Shown here: positions 62,649 to 64,000 of the stretch, piece by piece | Layout of the letters: each line of letters starts with the position of its first letter | Numbering within the stretch: position 1 is the stretch's first letter | Translations under genes and position numbers: made by a program | DNA from: an uncultured virus (IMG/VR IMGVR_UViG_3300025936_000003) | Lineage: Duplodnaviria; Heunggongvirae; Uroviricota; Caudoviricetes | Virus record (IMG/VR): IMGVR_UViG_3300025936_000003 | Length of the DNA: 64,000 nucleotides | Strand: one strand, 5' to 3' | Notes under the pieces: model-generated | The model's input: the letters and a program-made list of their open reading frames with translations, nothing else | Database searches by the model: none | What the model was told of the DNA's origin: nothing

Positions 62649-63016
62649 GCAAACCCAAACTCAAAGCACTAGGGAAAAAAGTCACCAAGTTTGAGGGTCT
62701 GGAAGTATTCCCAGCCCCAAGCGGGATCCAGAGAGTCATCTGCACCTCCGATGAGGTGACTGCTCTGTGCCCGGTGACTGGACAGCCAGATTGGTACATC
62801 GTCAAGATCGACTACATCCCTCAAAAGCTCTGCGTTGAATCGAAAACACTCAAGCTCTACCTGCAATCCTTCCGGCAGCAAGGTCACTTTTGTGAAAGGT
62901 TCTCCAGCATCATTGCTCACCAGATCCTGAAGACCCTCGAACCCTTGAAAGTGTCAGTCACAGTCACCCAGAAACCACGCGGCGGTATCGCCATCGAAGC
63001 CACCACCTGCTTATGA
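62645..63016 (+). CDS. queF: NADPH-dependent preQ0 reductase
   Basis: LCPVTGQPD, QueF motif ESKTLKLYL, PRGGI. Confidence 0.88.
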   Translation: MSKPKLKALGKKVTKFEGLEVFPAPSGIQRVICTSDEVTALCPVTGQPDWYIVKIDYIPQKLCVESKTLKLYLQSFRQQGHFCERFSSIIAHQILKTLEPLKVSVTVTQKPRGGIAIEATTCL

Positions 63017-63699
63017 AAAAAGTCTTAGTCCTCACTTCGGGCGGAGTAGACAGCACCACACTCCTTTACCATCACGTTAAGGGAGGTGACGAAGTCCAAG
63101 CCATCGCTTTCAACTATGGCCAGCGGCACAGCAAAGAACTTGAATATGCTCATCTCAATGCGAACCTGTTGCAAGTCCCTTTCACACTGGTAGACGCATT
63201 ATTCCTGGGGCGGATCTTGACCGGCAGCTCGCAGACCGATGCATCGGTTCCCGTGCCGCAGGGTCACTACTCTGAAAACTCGATGAAGGCGACTGTCGTT
63301 CCCAACAGGAACATGATCCTCTTGTCCATCGCTATCGGCGCCGCTATCGCAAAGAAGCTGGATTATGTCGCCTACGCTGCCCACGCGGGCGACCATGCCA
63401 TCTACCCAGACTGCCGACCAGAGTTCGCCAGGGACATGGGCAGGGTGGCAAGCAAGTGCGATTGGAGGCCCATAAAGCTCTTGAGGCCATTCGTCAAGAT
63501 GAGCAAAGCCTGGATCATTGGTCACGGGAAAGAGTTGGGTGTGGACTATTCCAAAACCTGGAGTTGCTACGAGGGAGGCGCTTTGCACTGTGGCCGCTGT
63601 GGAACTTGTGTCGAACGGATTCTCTCCTTCAAAGAAGCGAAGGTTGACGACCCTACCACCTACCAAGATCCAGAGTTCGCAAAGCAATACGAGAAATGA
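63013..63699 (+). CDS. queC: 7-cyano-7-deazaguanine synthase
   Basis: SGGVDS, YGQRH, VPNRN, YPDCR, TWSCY, CGRCGTC. Confidence 0.95.
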   Translation: MKKVLVLTSGGVDSTTLLYHHVKGGDEVQAIAFNYGQRHSKELEYAHLNANLLQVPFTLVDALFLGRILTGSSQTDASVPVPQGHYSENSMKATVVPNRNMILLSIAIGAAIAKKLDYVAYAAHAGDHAIYPDCRPEFARDMGRVASKCDWRPIKLLRPFVKMSKAWIIGHGKELGVDYSKTWSCYEGGALHCGRCGTCVERILSFKEAKVDDPTTYQDPEFAKQYEK

Positions 63700-64000
63700 T
63701 TGATCTTGAACAAGAGCAGCAAGAGATTGAGCATCTTCAATCTCGCCTCACACTGTCGAAGCAGACTGTCGAGAAAGAAGAGAAAGAGCTGAAGGGAGCC
63801 GAGCAGAAGTTGAAGGATACTCAGACTGCCCAGGAGATCCTTCAACTTCTCGCCCAGGCTGTTCAGCAGAAGGCCCATCAACGCATCAGCGAGGTTGTCA
63901 GTTCTTGCCTTTCGACAGTGTTTGAAGATGAGGCGTATAGATTCAAAATTGAATTCGAACGGAAACGTGGAAGGACCGAAGCCAGATTGAGATTTACCCG
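63696..64000 (+). CDS. Probable SbcC/Rad50 C-terminal half (truncated by window)
   Basis: Manual translation MIDLEQEQQEIEHL...QQKAHQRISEVVSSCLSTVFEDEAYRFKIEFERKRGRTEARLRF: coiled coil leading into an ABC head-like lobe; signature and Walker B not in window. Confidence 0.6.
   Translation, partial: MIDLEQEQQEIEHLQSRLTLSKQTVEKEEKELKGAEQKLKDTQTAQEILQLLAQAVQQKAHQRISEVVSSCLSTVFEDEAYRFKIEFERKRGRTEARLRFT

Noticed and set aside
1..64000. Integrase, lysis cassette, own RNA polymerase, alternative genetic code
   Set aside because: None recognised in this window; genes read intact with the standard code; lifestyle cannot be determined from this segment

Overview
A 64 kb segment of a tailed dsDNA phage genome with siphovirus-type morphogenesis genes; no host genes are seen. 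1-18.5 kb (minus strand) is the virion module: tape measure, frameshifting tail chaperones, tail tube, neck genes, major capsid, DUF2213-type protease, MuF and portal. It is interrupted by a 7-gene glycosyl-/methyltransferase cassette and headed by two stand-alone sigma70 region-4 HTH genes. 18.5-19.4 kb is a non-coding divergence region. 19.4-41.5 kb (plus strand) holds mostly small early genes, preceded by a repeated sigma54-type (-24 GG-N10-GC -12) promoter; seven copies have a TTGCA-N4-TGCAA palindrome at a fixed distance downstream. TerS and primase lie inverted in this region, which also encodes a sigma factor lacking the region-4.2 HTH, an SNF2 helicase and SbcD/SbcC-N. 42-64 kb covers replication, recombination and DNA modification: initiator with iterons, DnaB helicase, beta-clamp, clamp loader, fragmented PolA, SSB, RecA, resolvase, TerL and a 7-deazaguanine pathway (folE, queD, queE, queC, queF, DpdA/TGT-like). 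The best novelty candidate is the inferred transcription programme: sigma54 early promoters, then a phage sigma split into sigma2 and sigma4 genes with a -10-only GATAATA leaderless promoter. Other candidates are the virion-module glycosylation cassette, an apparently split TGT and two structured RNAs. All calls are by eye from motifs and synteny; no searches were run.
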